64,000 nt of DNA from Squalus acanthias. Its lineage: Eukaryota. A program made the position numbers and the translations under genes. The stretch is from the NCBI GenBank assembly GCA_030390025.1, contig CM059431.1, positions 96,846,001-96,910,000 of the forward strand, in the 5' to 3' direction. Position 1 is the first letter of the stretch. The number at the start of each line of letters is the position of its first letter. Positions 1 through 12,509 of this stretch are shown here, piece after piece. A model generated the notes under the pieces. That model did no database searches, was not told where the DNA came from, and saw only the letters and a list, made by a program, of their open reading frames with translations.

Positions 1-430
1 TTGGGGTTGCAGGAGTTGGGGGGTGAAGGGGATGGGGGCTGTGGGTGCAGGAGGTTTGGGGGTGAAGGTAAGGGGGTTGCAGGGGGAGTGGGGGTGCAGC
101 AGGAGAGGGGGTGCAGGGAGAGGGAGGTGCTGGAGGTGGGGTGCAGGGGGAGGGGGAGGCAGGGGGTAGTGTGCGGGGGTTGAGTACATGGGGTGGGGGT
201 GCAGGCGTGGAGATTGTAGGGGTGGGGGGGTGCAGGGATGGGGTGTGGAGAGGCTGCATGGGGGGGACCCCCACAAAGCAGAGGTGGGGGTCTGGGGGTG
301 GGGGGAACATCCTACGCCAATTAATGTGATGGCAGGCAGCATGCAATATCCGTGTAGTGGTTGGGGGGTGCTGGGGTTAGTGGGTGCTGGGGGTGGGGTT
401 GCAGGGGGTGCTGCACGGGGGTGGGTTGCA
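1..430 (+). repeat. G-rich low-complexity repeat (GGGGTGCAG-type) with an embedded Harbinger-remnant motif at ~305-355
   Basis: Runs of G interspersed with TGCAG. The segment cctacgccaattaatgtga..gcaggcagcatgcaatatccgtg recurs at ~4825 and ~12016. Confidence 0.8.
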
Positions 431-679
431 GGGCGTCACATCATCCTTCAAAATATCTCCAATAAACGACTCAGATGTATAGGATTAAAATCAAGGTCAC
501 CAGTTAAAGTATATCTTTGTTGAAATATAACACTAAATCAACAAGTAATTATATCTTGACTCAGTCATATCTATCTAAGTCTCTGCAATGTAAGAAGAGG
601 CAGAGTTTCCTTGTTAACTTAAGTGTGTAAAACACCAGCTGGGTGAGAGCACTGCACGTTTTATGATGATTACCTGGAT

Positions 680-1128
680 TCAGGTGTGGGGGACGGCAGA
701 GAGATAAATGGATGATTGTGAGGGAGCGAGGGTGGTGAAAACAGTTATCTGTTGAGGCACAGCGTGGTCACACAGAGTTGTCATAAACAGAGTGTAAAGT
801 TGGGAATTTGGTGAGAGTGTGAATTCGGTGCAGAGGGGAAAGAGGTGCTGCATTTTGCCTCCAATACCTGTAGTAGTTCGTGTTTGTCCAGTGTTTTAGT
901 GCTTAGTGCAAGTTAGTGTGTAAAAAAACCCGAAAAAGTAGGTATAAATAATCTAGACTAAGATATAACAGCGCAGGTTGTATGTCTGGACTCCAGTCTG
1001 TGGGAGATTATGGAGAGCGAGACTGTCCCGAGCGAACATGTCTGCAATAGATGTCACCATCTCGAATCTCTCCAGCTCAGAGTCATTGAGCAGTCTGGAC
1101 AGTTTGCTCCAGATCTTGGTCACACCTC
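680..1128 (+). mobile_element. CR1 LINE 5' fragment (5'UTR plus start of ORF1), truncated at the duplication breakpoint
   Basis: Matches ~24050-24581 and encodes ..ESETVPSEHVCNRCHHLESLQLRVIE, homologous to ORF1 at 24371 and 54555. The 5' boundary is approximate. Confidence 0.8.
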
Positions 1129-1197
1129 ATCGTGTAATGTTTTTAAATCTGTTTTTGGAGGGGTAAAGCTCTTCAGTGGAGCAGTGAACACTGGTAC

Positions 1198-1328
1198 CTG
1201 CTCCACGAGCCTTCCTACCAAATTATTCATTTCACTCAATGCTACTTTTCCACCAAAATTAGAAAAGGTGGGAAAACCAGCACCAAAGGGGTCAGAGGCC
1301 ACTCGAAAGGTGGAAAGAAGCAAGTGAA
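1198..1328 (-). CDS. Candidate exon (HLLLSTFRVASDPFGAGFPTFSNFGGKVALSEMNNLVGRLVEQ), unknown protein
   Basis: Acceptor catttctttcag, open frame, and possible donor CAG|gtacca (phase 1-0). An upstream donor CAG|gtaagt at 1448 gives a 120-nt intron. The frame is conserved in the copy at 11183-11313. Confidence 0.35.
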
Positions 1329-1786
1329 CTGAAAGAAATGATTTCTCTGTGTAAGGCTATGAAAGACAATCTTGGTCCTTCTACAAGGGAGGATACTGAA
1401 ATGCTCCATAATCCTAGGTGTCATAAAGGGAGAAACCTTTACACTTACCTGTATCTCGGTACCTTGTGTTTCTGTGTTTATCTTTTAGGATTGCTAGTTA
1501 GAGGCAGCTTGATTAGAAAGATTTTGTGTTGAATTTGCTCCACTGTGACATGCTGAGGTTCCACCGCAGTGAGATCATGAATGAAAATTGTCCGCAGATC
1601 GTGATTCATGATGTCACAGGAGGAGAAATTCTCCCCAGAATGTCTGCTTCTGTCTCCCTCCAACGGGCAGGTTTACAGCATTAAATGCAGCAACAGGAGG
1701 TGACTGAAAGGTACATATAAGCATGCAGCTTTCAAGCATTTGGACTATTAGCCAATTTCAGAGACAAACGGCTAGAAATCTAATTG

Positions 1787-4700
1787 GGTGTGCAGGGGGA
1801 GTGTGGTTGCAGGGTTTGGGGGGTGCAGGGTTTGGGGGGGTGCAGGGTTTGGGAGTGCAGGGTTTGGGGGGTGCAGGGTTTGGGGGTGCAGGGTTTGGGG
1901 GTGCAGGGTTTTGGGGGTGCAGGGTTTGGGGGTGCAGGGTTTGGGGTGACAGGGTTTGGGGGGTGCAGGGTTTGGGGGGTGCAGGGTTTGGGGGGGTGCA
2001 GGGTTTGGGGGGGTGCAGGGTTTGGGGGGGTGCAGGGTTTGGGGGGTGCAGGGTTGGGGGGTGCAGGGTTGGGTGGGTGCAGGGTTTGGGGGGAGCAGGG
2101 TTTGGGGGGTGCAGGGTTTGGGGGGTGCAGGGTTTGGGGGTGCAGGGTTTGGGGGGTGCAGGGTTTGCGGGGGGAGCAGGGTTTGGGGGGAGCAGGGTTT
2201 GGGCGGAGCAGGGTTTGGGGGGAGCAGGGTTTGGGGGGTAGCAGGGTTTGGGGGGGTGCAGGGTTCGGGGGGAGCAGGGTTTGGGGGGGGGCAGGGCTTG
2301 GGTGGAACAGGGTTTGGGGGGGAGCAGGGTTTGGGGGGAGCAGGGTTTGGGGGGGAGCAGGGTTTGGGGGGGAGCAGGGTTTGGGGGATGCAGGGTTTGG
2401 AGGGGTGCTGGGTTTGGGGGGTGCAGGGGGAGTGTGGTTGCAGGGTTTGGGGGGGTGCAGGGTTTGGGGGGGTGCAGGATTTGGGGGGGTGCAGGGTTTG
2501 GGGGGTGCAGGGTTTGGGGGGAGCAGGGTTTGGGGGGGAGCAGGGTTTGGGGGGAGCAGGGTCTGGAGGTGAGCAGGGTTTGGGGGGGAGCAGGGTTTGG
2601 GGGGGAGCAGGGTTTGGGTGGTGCATAGTTTTGGGGGGAGCAGGGTTTTGGGGGGAGCAGGGTTTGGGGGGGAGCAGGGTTTGGGGGGAGCAGGGTTTGG
2701 GGGGGAGCAGGGTTTGGGGGGAGCAGGGTCTGGGGGGAGCAGGGTTTTGTGGAGAGCAGGGTTTGGGGGGGAGCAGGGTTGGGGGGTAACATGGTTTGGG
2801 GCGAGCAGGGTTTGGGGGGAGCAGGGTTTGGGGGGGTGTAACGTTTGGGGGGTGCAATGTTTGGGGGGTGCAGGGTTTGGGGGTGCAGGGTTTGGGGGTG
2901 CAGGGTTTGGGGGTGCAGGGTTGGGGGGAACAGGGTTGGGGGAGCAGGGTTTGGTGGGGTGCAGGGTTTGGGGGGGAGCAGGGTTTGGGGGGAGCAGGGT
3001 TGAGGGGGGAGCAGGGTTGGGTGGGTGCAGGGTTGGAGGGGGGTGCAGTGTTTGGGGGGTGCAGGGTTTGGGGGGAGCAGGGTTTGGGGGGGAGCAGGGT
3101 TTGGGGGGAGCAGGGTCTGGAGGTGAGCAGGGTTTGGGGGGGAGCAGGGTTTGGGGGGGAGCAGGGTTTGGGTGGTGCATAGTTTTGGGGGGAGCAGGGT
3201 TTTGGGGGGAGCAGGGTTTGGGGGGGAGCAGGGTTTGGGGGGAGCAGGGTTTGGGGGGGAGCAGGGTTTGGGGGAGCAGGGTCTGGGGGGAGCAGGGTTT
3301 TGTGGAGAGCAGGGTTTGGGGGGGAGCAGGGTTGGGGGGTAACATGGTTTGGGGCGAGCAGGGTTTGGGGGGAGCAGGGTTTGGGGGGGTGTAACGTTTG
3401 GGGGGTGCAATGTTTGGGGGGTGCAGGGTTTGGGGGTGCAGGGTTTGGGGGTGCAGGGTTTGGGGGTGCAGGGTTGGGGGGAACAGGGTTGGGGGAGCAG
3501 GGTTTGGGGGGGTGCAGGGTTTGGGGGGAGCAGGGTTTGGGGGGAGCAGGGTTGAGGGGGGAGCAGGGTTGGGTGGGTGCAGGGTTGGAGGGGGGTGCAG
3601 GGTTTGGGGGGGTGCAGGGTTTGGGGGGAGCAGGGTTGGGGGGGAGCAGGGTTTGGGGGGATCAGGGTTTGTGGGGGAGCAGGGTTTGGGAGGAGCAGGG
3701 TTTGGGGGGGAGCAGGGTTTGGGGGGGGGTGCTGGGTTTGGAGGGGTGCAGGGTTTGGGGGGTGCAGGGTTTGGGGGGTGCAGGGTTTGGGGGGGGGAGC
3801 AGGGTTGGGGGGGTGCAGGGTTGGGGGGGATCAGGGTTTGGGGGGATCAGGGTTTGGGGGGTGCAGGGTTGGGGTGCTGGGTTTGGGGGGTGCAGGGTTT
3901 GGGGGGTGCAGGGTTTGGGGGGGTGCAGGGTTTGGTGGGTGCAGGGATTGGGGGGGTGCAGGGTTTGTGGGGGTGCAGGGTTTGGTGGGTGCAGGGATTG
4001 GGGGGTGCAGGGTTTGGGGGGTGCAGGGTTTGGGGGGGGGTGCTGGGTTTGGAGGGGTGCAGGGTTTGGGGGGTGCAGGGTTTGGGGGGTGCAGGGTTTG
4101 GGGGGGGGGAGCAGGGTTGGGGGGGTGCAGGGTTGGGGGGGATCAGGGTTTGGGGGGATCAGGGTTTGGGGGGTGCAGGGTTGGGGTGCTGGGTTTGGGG
4201 GGTGCAGGGTTTGGGGGGTGCAGGGTTTGGGGGGGTGCAGGGTTTGGTGGGTGCAGGGATTGGGGGGGTGCAGGGTTTGTGGGGGTGCAGGGTTTGGTGG
4301 GTGCAGGGATTGGGGGGTGCAGGGTTTGGGGGGGTGCAGGGTTTGGGGGGGGTGCAGGGTTTGGTGGGTTCAGGGATTGGGGGGGTGCAGGGTTTGGGGG
4401 GGGTGCAGGGTTTGGGGGGGTGCAGGGTTTGGGGGGGTGCAGGGTTTGGGGGGTGCAAGGCTTGGGGGATGCAGGGTTTGGGTGGGTGCAGGGAGTGGGG
4501 GGGTGCAGGGAGTGGGGGGGTGCAGGGAGTGGGGGGGTGCAGGGAGTGGGGGCTGCAGGGAGTGGGGGCTGCAGGGAGTGGGGGCTGCAGGGAGTGGGGA
4601 TGCAGGGAGTGGGGGCTGCAGGGAGTGGGGGCTGCAGGGAGTGGGGATGCAGGGCGTGGGATGCAGGGGGTGATGTGCGGGGTCCAGGGGTGGGGCATGC

Positions 4701-4818
4701 GGGGCTGGGGTTCATGTGTTTGGGGTTGCAGCGGTTGGGGAACTGCAGGTGTGGGGTGTGAAGAGGATGCATGTGGAGGGGGGTGTGCAGGGGAGGGGAG
4801 CAGAGGGTGGGGGGGGGG
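1787..4818 (+). repeat. G-rich minisatellite, 15-17 bp unit GGGGGG(T/A)GCAGGGTTT, shifting to GGGGGCTGCAGGGAGT at the 3' end
   Basis: Directly visible tandem array of ~3 kb with internal higher-order duplications. Confidence 0.95.
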
Positions 4819-5215
4819 CACTTCCTACACCAATTAATGTGACTGCAGGCAACATGCAAGATCTGTGCATGCAGCCAGTGCTACCCGTGCTACTCAGTGG
4901 CTGCAGGCCTATTGGGGGGGTCGGGGGGGGGGGGAGCGGTGGAGTCTGTGACGTTACTTAAAGGCAGCCAGCACTTCTTAAAGGGGAGAGCAGTCTGGCT
5001 GCAGAGGCTATGGAGCAAGTTGAGGAAGGAATGGCTGACGGAGGGAGAGACTGAGCACCAAGGTTCTCTGATGCTGCACTATAGGCCTTGGTGCAGGCAG
5101 TGAACAGGAGGAGGGACATCTATTTCACCCAGTGGGTAGGAAGACCTCCAGGCATCTGGTGAGGAGGCAGTGGGAAGAGATTGTTGAGTGTGTCAATGCC
5201 AGAATCCGCTTTGCC
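4819..5215 (+). pseudogene. Decayed Harbinger Myb/SANT-like gene, 5' part
   Basis: Translates MADGGRD*APRFSDAAL*ALVQAVNRRRDIYF/GRKTSRHLVRRQWEEIVECVNAR, aligning with RAQRFSERALDALVGTVERRRSILF..W.EVA..VSSR at 43908. It shares the upstream motif ttcttaaaggggag with ~43803. Confidence 0.75.
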
Positions 5216-5269
5216 TCGTCAGATTGCTCCCTCGCCCCACACACCTGCACATGCCTTTAACAACCAGCG

Positions 5270-6410
5270 GTATGAAGAATGAGCAGGAAAGCGGGTTTAG
5301 ACTGGGTGGGATTTAAAGCGTTCGGGGAGTGAGCAGGAGAGTGGGATTAGAGTGGGTGGGATGTTAAAGGGTACGGGGAGTGAGGGGGAGAGTGGGATTC
5401 GACTGGGTAGGATTTTAAAGGGTACAGGGAGTCAGGGGGGAGAGTGGAATTAGACTGTGTGTGATATTAAAGGGTACGGGGAGTGCGCAGGAGAGTTGGA
5501 TTAGACTGGGTGGGATATTAAAGGGTACGGGCAGTGAGCAGGAGAGTTGGATTAGACTGGGTGGGATATTAAAGTGTATGGGGAGTGAGCAGGAGTGTGG
5601 GATTAGACTGGGTGGGATGTTAATGGGTACGGGGAGTGAGCAGGAGAGTGGGATTAGACTGGGTGTGATATTAAAGGGTATAGGGAGTGAGCAGGAGCGT
5701 GGGATTAGACTGGGTGGGGCATTAAAGGGTACGGGGAGTGAGGGGGTGAGAGGGATTAGATTGGGTGGGATATTAAAGGCTATGGGGATGGAGCAGAAGA
5801 ATGGGATTAGACTGGGTGGGATATTTAAGGGTGAGGGGGTGAGTGGGATTAGACTAGATGGGCTATTTAAGGTTATGGGGAGTGAACAGGAGAGTGGGAT
5901 TAGAATGGATGGGGTATTAAAGGATACGGGGAGTGAGCAGGAGAGTGGGATTAGACTGGGTGGAATATTTAAAGTTATGGAGATTGAGCGTGAGAGTGGG
6001 ATTAGGCTGGGTGGGATGTTAAAGGGTACGGGGAGTTAGCAGTACAGTGGGATTAGACTGGTGGGATACTAAAGGGTATGGGGAGTGAGCAGGAAGTGAG
6101 ATTGGAATGGGTGGGATATTAAAGCGTTCGGGGAGTGAGGGGGCAGAGTGGGATTAGACGGTGGGATATTAAAGGGTACGGGGAGTGAGCAGGAGAGTGG
6201 GATTAGACTGGGTGGGATATTAAAGGGTTTGGGGAGTGAGGGGGAGAGTTGGATTAGACTGGGTGGGGCATTAAAGGGTTTGGGAGTGAGGGGGAGAGTT
6301 GGATTAGACTGGGTGGGCTATTAAAGGGCACGGGGAGTGAGCAGGAGAGTGGGATTAGACTGGGTGGGATATTAAAGGGCACGGTGAGTGAGCAGGCGAG
6401 TGCGATTATA
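5270..6410 (+). repeat. 51-bp satellite (GGGGAGTGAGCAGGAGAGTGGGATTAGACTGGGTGGGATATTAAAGGGTAC), ~22 copies
   Basis: Tandem array; 17-aa periodicity in the spurious ORFs. Confidence 0.95.
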
Positions 6411-7584
6411 TTATATTATGGAATTCGGGGAATGAAGCCATAAACTCTGGAGTATTAAAGATGCTGTTATGAGCATTGTGGGCTTTGAGGGAACTAACGG
6501 TCGATGGGCCCAATGACCTCCCTCATCAGTATGCAACTTTGTGACTTTGTAAACATTAATACTCATCGCTATTTTAGAGAAAGTTGGCAGTTTCTGTGAT
6601 GTAATGAATATCTGAATATTCCTTCCACGGTGTTAGCAACCCTACTTAAAATGGAACAGTAAGTAATTTGAAAAACATTTTAAAATTCTTGTTTCAGGTT
6701 TCAGGTCTGTCTTAGGTATTTCCTCAGGTACAATGCTGGTCACTCTTGTAAGTGGTCTCAGCATCTTATGTTCAGGAGTCTCCCCAATCTTTAATTATAT
6801 GTAACCGGGCTCTAACAATCGGACCTGTTTGTACAGTGAGGACACATACAAATGCTTTGGCTCAGACACCAAGTGAAGGCACTGGGGAAAATTTTCATCC
6901 TCACCGCATGGGCAGTGGTCAGATGGAGTGAATCGCCCAGCTGCTATGGAAACCGCTTGATTTTCATTCTATTGAAATCCGCTCTGTCAGATTAGCAGCC
7001 GTTGGGTGAAGACATAAATTTACCCAAAGTAACAGTCAAAGCAAATCATATTTTCTTACTTAAATCTCATTTGTTTCCTCAAAAGCATGGGGATGAAATG
7101 CTAAACACTGTGCCCTGCCATTTTCATGGTTTGGTTTTTGGGCATTATGATACTTTCAGATTCCTTCCACCTGCAAAAACACAGAGCTGTTGCACAGACA
7201 TTCGTTCAAACCTTCCTGTCTCTGTGTCCCTTTTCTCTGTTAATTCTGATCCCAGGAAGCAGTGGAGTTAGTGCCTGTCCCAGCAGGTTTCTCAGCCAAA
7301 CCAATTATCCGGTCCCCCGGGCGTACATTGCCCACGGACACCTGATGCTGTGCCACATGAATAGAACCACCCTCCACAGAAGTCTGTTAATACTTGTTGG
7401 CTGCCTCACACTGCATGACCAATTTCCCCATGTCCCTGCTCACCTGGCTCATGTGCACACTTTGCAAAACTGCAGCCGTGGCCTTTCTTTGTAAACCAGT
7501 GCGGATTCACTTTGTTTTAAAACACAATTCTAAAACATTGCTCAATCCCAAAATCCTTTCTGTGATAGAAAAAGGTCAAAAATT

Positions 7585-8975
7585 GCAAAGCATTTCCTTA
7601 TGTCACCCCTGGTTCTATTGTCAATCACTTTAAATCTGTGTCCTCTGGTTACCAAAGCTCCTGCCACTGGAAACAGTTTAATCTTTTTTACTCTATCAAA
7701 ACGCTTCATGATTTTGAACACCTCTATCTAATATCCCCTTAACCTTCTCTGCTCTAAGGAAAACAATCCCAGATTCTTCAGTCTCTCCATATAACTGAGG
7801 TCTCTCCTCCCTGGTACCATTCTAGTAAATCTCTTCTGCACCCTCTCCCCCTCTAAGGCCTTAACATCCTTCCTAATGTGTGGTGCCCAGAATTGAACAC
7901 AATACTCCAGCTGTTTTATAAAGGTTGAGCATAACTTCCTTGCCTATGCCTCTATTAATAAATCCAAGGATCCTGTATGCCTTCTTAACAGTCTTCTCAA
8001 GTTGTCCTGTCACCTTCACCCCCAAGTCTCTCTGTTCCTGAACCCCCTTTAAAATTGTATCATTTAGTTTATATTGCCTCTCCTCATTCTTCCTACCAAA
8101 ATGAATCACTCCACACTTCTCTGCGTTAAATTTCATCTGCCACGTGTCTGCCCATTTCACTATGTCCTCCTGAAGTCTGTTACTATTCTCCTCGTTGTTT
8201 ACTACATTTACGAATTTTGTGCCATCTGAAAATTTTGAAATAGTGTCCTGTACATCCGTCCAGGTCATTAATATATATCAAAAAGAGCAGTGGTCTGAAA
8301 ACCGACCTCTGGGGGACACCACTGCACACTTCCCTCCAGTCTGAAAAACAACCGTTCACTACTACTCTCTGCTTTCTGTCCCATAATCAATTTTGTATCC
8401 ATGCTGCCAATGCCTCTTTAATCCCATGGACTTTAATTTTGCTAATAAGTCTATTATGTGGCACTTAATCAAACACCTTCTGAAAGTCCATATACACAAC
8501 ATCAGCTGCACTACCCTCATTAACCCTCTCCGTTAATTCATCAAAGAGTTAGTGAAACATGATTTTCCTTTAACAAATCAGCAGTGACTTTCATTTATGA
8601 GCCCATATTTTTCCAAGTGCCAATTAATTTTGTTCCGGATTATAATCTCTGAAAGTTTCCCCACCACCGACGTTAGGTTGACTGGCCTGTAATTGCTGGA
8701 TTTATCCCTCTCCCCTTTATTGAACAGGAGTGTAATATTTACAATTCTCCAGTTCTCTGGCACCACCCCTATATCTAAGGAGGATTGGAAGATTATGGTC
8801 AGAGCCTCCACAATTTCCACCCTTCGTTCCCTCAGTAACCTAGGCTGCATCCCATCTGGACCGGATAACTTTTCTACTTTGAGTACTGCCAACCTTTTAA
8901 ATTCCTCCTCTTTATACATTTTTATCCTATCCAATATCGCTACTGCCTCCTCCTTTGCCACTACATTGGCAGCAT
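7585..8975 (-). mobile_element. Degraded CR1 LINE ORF2 (reverse transcriptase) fragment
   Basis: Minus-strand ORFs with GPDG, NYRPVNLTSVVGK, ISKFSDGTK and WQMKFNAEKC motifs; frameshifted. Confidence 0.9.
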
Positions 8976-9162
8976 TCTGTTTTAAACCACAGCACAGGCA
9001 CCTGTCAATAGCTTGTCTATATCAGCAAGTGTAAACCACGACCAAGTCTGAACACAAGCTAAATGGTTTCTTCTTAAAGTCATACTCAGCCAGGGCTACT
9101 GGCAGTGAGCGCCTTTGAATCTATAAAATTCACCACTGAAATAGACTGTGCCTCGCTCTTAC

Positions 9163-9222
9163 CGTGTAATATATGGACAAGAGGTTTCTGAGAACGTGTC
9201 TCCACATTGGGTGTGTGCAGGC
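9163..9222 (-). CDS. Candidate 60-nt symmetric exon (LHTPNVETRSQKPLVHILH in phase 1)
   Basis: Strong acceptor cccccattctctcttctgcag and donor CACG|gtaaga; identical copy at 22742-22801. Confidence 0.5.
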
Positions 9223-9345
9223 CTGCAGAAGAGAGAATGGGGGAATCTGGGAATTCTGCTTCAAACTATCCACAGAAACATCATTAGTAACGTTTGGACA
9301 AAACAGTAATTGAAACTATTTCGGCACCTTTTGACATTTAAACAG

Positions 9346-9590
9346 TACCCTTTAATATCCCACCCAGTCTAATCCCACTCTCCCCCTCACTCCCCACACC
9401 CTTTAATATCCCACCCAGTCGAATCCCACTCTCCCCCTCACTCCCCACACCTTTTAATATCCCACCCAGTCGAATCCCACATGCCTGCTCACTCCACATT
9501 TCCTTTAAAATCTCACCCAGTCTCATACCACTCTCCTGCTCAGTCGCCATATACTTTAATATCCCACCCAGTCTAATCCCACTCTCCTGC
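9346..9590 (-). repeat. Short inverted block of the 51-bp satellite (~5 copies; ~2 copies at 22928-23017)
   Basis: Reverse complement of the 51-bp unit. Confidence 0.9.
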
Positions 9591-9802
9591 TGTAAACCCC
9601 AGAGCTGTAGGCATTGACACACCTTGAGGTGCTACCCTTGGAGATAGTGGGTCGACAGTCCATGGTACACATCGGAGAGGGGCGTGCAAGTGGTGTCCCC
9701 AAGTCTACAGGTAGTAAATATTCTGCAATCTTTCACTTCACTCAAGAAATGGTTTATTCACCTGCGTCTTCTGCCAATTAAGCTGTCACCATGACCTCAT
9801 AC

Positions 9803-9883
9803 CAAAGGCTGCTGGATATCTGTCCCAAGGGATGTCTGCAGATTCCAATTCAAGCCTTTCCCATTGTGTTTCCATAGGGCCAC
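9803..9883 (-). CDS. Candidate 81-nt phase 1-1 exon (GPMETQWERLELESADIPWDRYPAAF)
   Basis: Acceptor ttcctgctcttcag, donor TTTG|gtatga, open frame; copy at 23229-23309 and distant paralog at 56358-56438. Confidence 0.5.
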
Positions 9884-10284
9884 CTGAAGAGCAGGAACCA
9901 TTAGGGCCAGAGGCAGAGTGCATGGCCGTTTCTCACCTACTTTTCCAAGTTTTACTCATCCTCTGCCTCATGATCACCTTTACACTTTGACTGAAATTAC
10001 CAAATGTAGGAAAGTATAGGGCAAAATTATTTCATTCTTTCTCTAGTGGACTTGAATGGAAGTAAAATTACTGGCCAATCTATTTTTAAATGTATAAGAG
10101 GATTTTGTGACCGTGCCTTGGCTACAGTATTACACCTCCGTTCAGGAAACAGAATAGTTCTGTGCTATGACATCCAATCCATGCTGAAATATACTGCCGG
10201 CCTCTAACTGTAGCCCTCAGCACCGCAATCTTTGCTCAATCTTTCACAATGATCTGCTTCAAAATCATCAGACCTTGTGCTTAC

Positions 10285-10398
10285 CGTATAACATGGATAA
10301 CAATAACCCGTCAGCATTTTTCTCAGTGCTGTCATTGGTATAATCCACCACTACGTCCGAGTCAGTCGGAGAGGGCATCACATCATCCTTTGAAATAT
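10285..10398 (-). CDS. Candidate 114-nt phase 1-1 exon (ISKDDVMPSPTDSDVVVDYTNDSTEKNADGLLLSMLY)
   Basis: Acceptor ttgtttattatag, donor TACG|gtaagc, open frame; copy at 23714-23827 and a truncated copy at ~430-447. Confidence 0.5.
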
Positions 10399-10624
10399 CT
10401 ATAATAAACAATTCAAACGTATTCGATTAAAAACAAGGTCAGCAGGTAAATCATCTCTGTGCAAATATAACACTAAATGAACAGTTAACTATATCTTGAC
10501 TCAGTCACATCTATCTAAGTCTCTGCAATGTAAGAAGGGGCCAGAGTTTCCTTGTTAACGTAAGTGTGTAAAGCACCAGCTGGGTGAGGGCACTTAGGAA
10601 AATGGTTTATGTTGATTACCTGGA

Positions 10625-11113
10625 CTCAGGTGTGGGGGACGGCAGAGAGATAAACGGATGAGTGTGAGGGAGCGAGGGTGGTGAAAACAATTATCTGCTG
10701 AGGCGCAGAGTGGTCACACACAGTTGTCAAAAACAGAGTGTAAAGTTGGGAATTTGGTGAGAGTGTGAATTCGGTGCAGAGGGGGAAAGAGGTGCTGCAT
10801 TTTGCCTCCAATACCTGTAGTGGTTTGTGTAAGCTTGAGGCTATAAGTATTGAAACTTTTGTCCAGTGTTTTAGTGCTTAGTGCAAATTAGTGTGTAAAA
10901 AAAACTTACAACCGACTAAAAAGTAGGTATAAATAATCTAGACTAAGATATAACAGCGCAGGTTGTATGTCTGGACTCCAGTATGTGGGAGATTATGGAG
11001 AGCGAGACTGTCCCGAGCGAACATGTCTGCAATAGATGTCACCATCTCGAATCTCTCCGGCTCAGAGTCATTGAGCAGTCTGGACAGTTTGCTCCAGATC
11101 TTGGTCACACCTC
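10625..11113 (+). mobile_element. CR1 LINE 5' fragment, second copy
   Basis: Near-identical to 680-1128, with the same internal deletion and the same breakpoint. Confidence 0.8.
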
Positions 11114-11182
11114 GTAGCGTAATGTTTTTAAATCTGTTTTTGGAGGGGTAAAGCTCTTCAGTGGAGCAGTGAACACTGGTAC

Positions 11183-11313
11183 CTGCTCCACGAGCCTTCC
11201 TACCAAATTATTCATTTCACTCAATGCTACTTTTCCACCAAAATTAGAAAAGGTGGGAAAACCAGCACCAAAGGGGTCAGAGGCCACTAAAAAGGTGGAA
11301 AGGAGCAAGTGAA
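11183..11313 (-). CDS. Candidate exon, duplicate of 1198-1328
   Basis: Same splice signals and open frame. Confidence 0.35.
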
Positions 11314-12009
11314 CTGAAAGGAATGATTTCTCTGTGTAAGGCTATGAAAGACAATCTTGGTCCTTTTAAAAGGGAGGGTACTAAATTGCTCCGTAATCCT
11401 AGGTGTCATAAAGGGAGAAAACTTTACACTTACCTGTATCTCAGTAACCTTGTGTTTCTGTGTTTATCTTTAAGGATTGCTAGTTAGAGGCAGCTTGAAC
11501 AGAAAGATTTTGTGTCGAATTTGCTCCACTGTGACATGCTGAGGTTCCACCACAGTGAGATCATGAATGGGAATTGTCCGCAGATCGTGATTCATGATGT
11601 CACAGGAGGAGAAATTCTCCCCAGAATGTCTGCTTCTGTCTCCCTCCAACGGGCAGGTTTACAGCATTAAATGCAGCACCAGGAGGTGACTGAAAGGTAC
11701 AAATAAGCATGCCGCTTTCAAACATTTGGACTATTCGCCAATTTCAGAGACAAACGCCTGGAATTCAGATGCAAGGTGCAGGGGTTGGGGGGTTGCAGGG
11801 GATTGGGTGCAGGGGCTGGTGTATGGGGAGCCGGGATCATGTGTGCGGGGGTGGGTTACATGGGTTGGGGGTGCAGATGTGGGGGTTGCAGGAGGTCGGG
11901 GGAGCAGGTGTACGGTGTGCAGATGTCCGCGGGCTGGGTGTGGTGCAGGGGTGGGGAGTGTAGAGGGTACATGGGTAGGGTGCAGGTGTGGTGAGCTGGG
12001 CTGGGGGGG

Positions 12010-12440
12010 TCACTTCCTACGCCAATTAATGTGACTGCAGGCAGCATGCAATATCCGTGCTACCTGCTGATTAGAATGATCCGTGTATGTAGCCAGTGCT
12101 ACTCGTGCTACTCATTGGCTGCACGCCTATCGGGGTGGAGGGGGGCGACATCGGGGAGTCTGTGATGCTACTTAAAGGCAGCCAGCACTTCTTAAAGGGG
12201 AGAGCAGTCTGGCTTCAGAGGCTATGGAGCAAGTTGAGGAAGGAATGGCTGACGGAGGGAGAGAGTGAGCACCAATGTTCTCTGATGCTGCACTATAGGC
12301 CTTGGTGCAGGCAGTGAACAGGAGAAGGGACATCTCTTTCCCCCAGGGGGTAGGAAGACCTCCAGGCATTTGGTGATGAGGCAGTTGGAAGAGATTACTG
12401 AGTCCTCTGATTACTGAGTCCTGAATGCCAGAATCCTCTT
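12010..12440 (+). pseudogene. Decayed Harbinger Myb/SANT-like gene, duplicate
   Basis: Paralogous to 4819-5215 with the same in-frame stops. Confidence 0.75.
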
Positions 12441-12509
12441 TGTCTCCTCTGATTGCTCCATCGCCCCACACACTCCACATGACAACCTGCAAATGCCTTT
12501 AACAACCAA

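Larger units (their letters stand above)
1129..11113. repeat. Segmental tandem duplication, unit 1 (~10 kb)
   Basis: Colinear and near-identical to 11114-24581 (e.g. 1129-1770 ~ 11114-11756; 6430-9340 ~ 18420-22920; 9590-11113 ~ 23017-24581). 430-1128 is the end of a preceding unit. Confidence 0.9.

Noticed and set aside
1449..1706. Long exon upstream of the perfect donor CAG|gtaagt at 1448
   Set aside because: Stops in all frames from the obvious acceptor and a 1-nt indel between units; at best a short or decayed exon.
1787..4818. Telomeric repeat
   Set aside because: The unit is 15-17 bp and not TTAGGG.
1723..4859. Long Gly-rich and Pro-rich ORFs up to 550 aa
   Set aside because: Open in nearly all frames because the G-rich repeat lacks stop codons, and variable G-run lengths shift frames freely.
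7002..7494. Plus-strand ORFs conserved in both units (also 19005-19316)
   Set aside because: No recognisable motif, the longer-conserved ORF starts at TTG, and conservation is explained by recent duplication.
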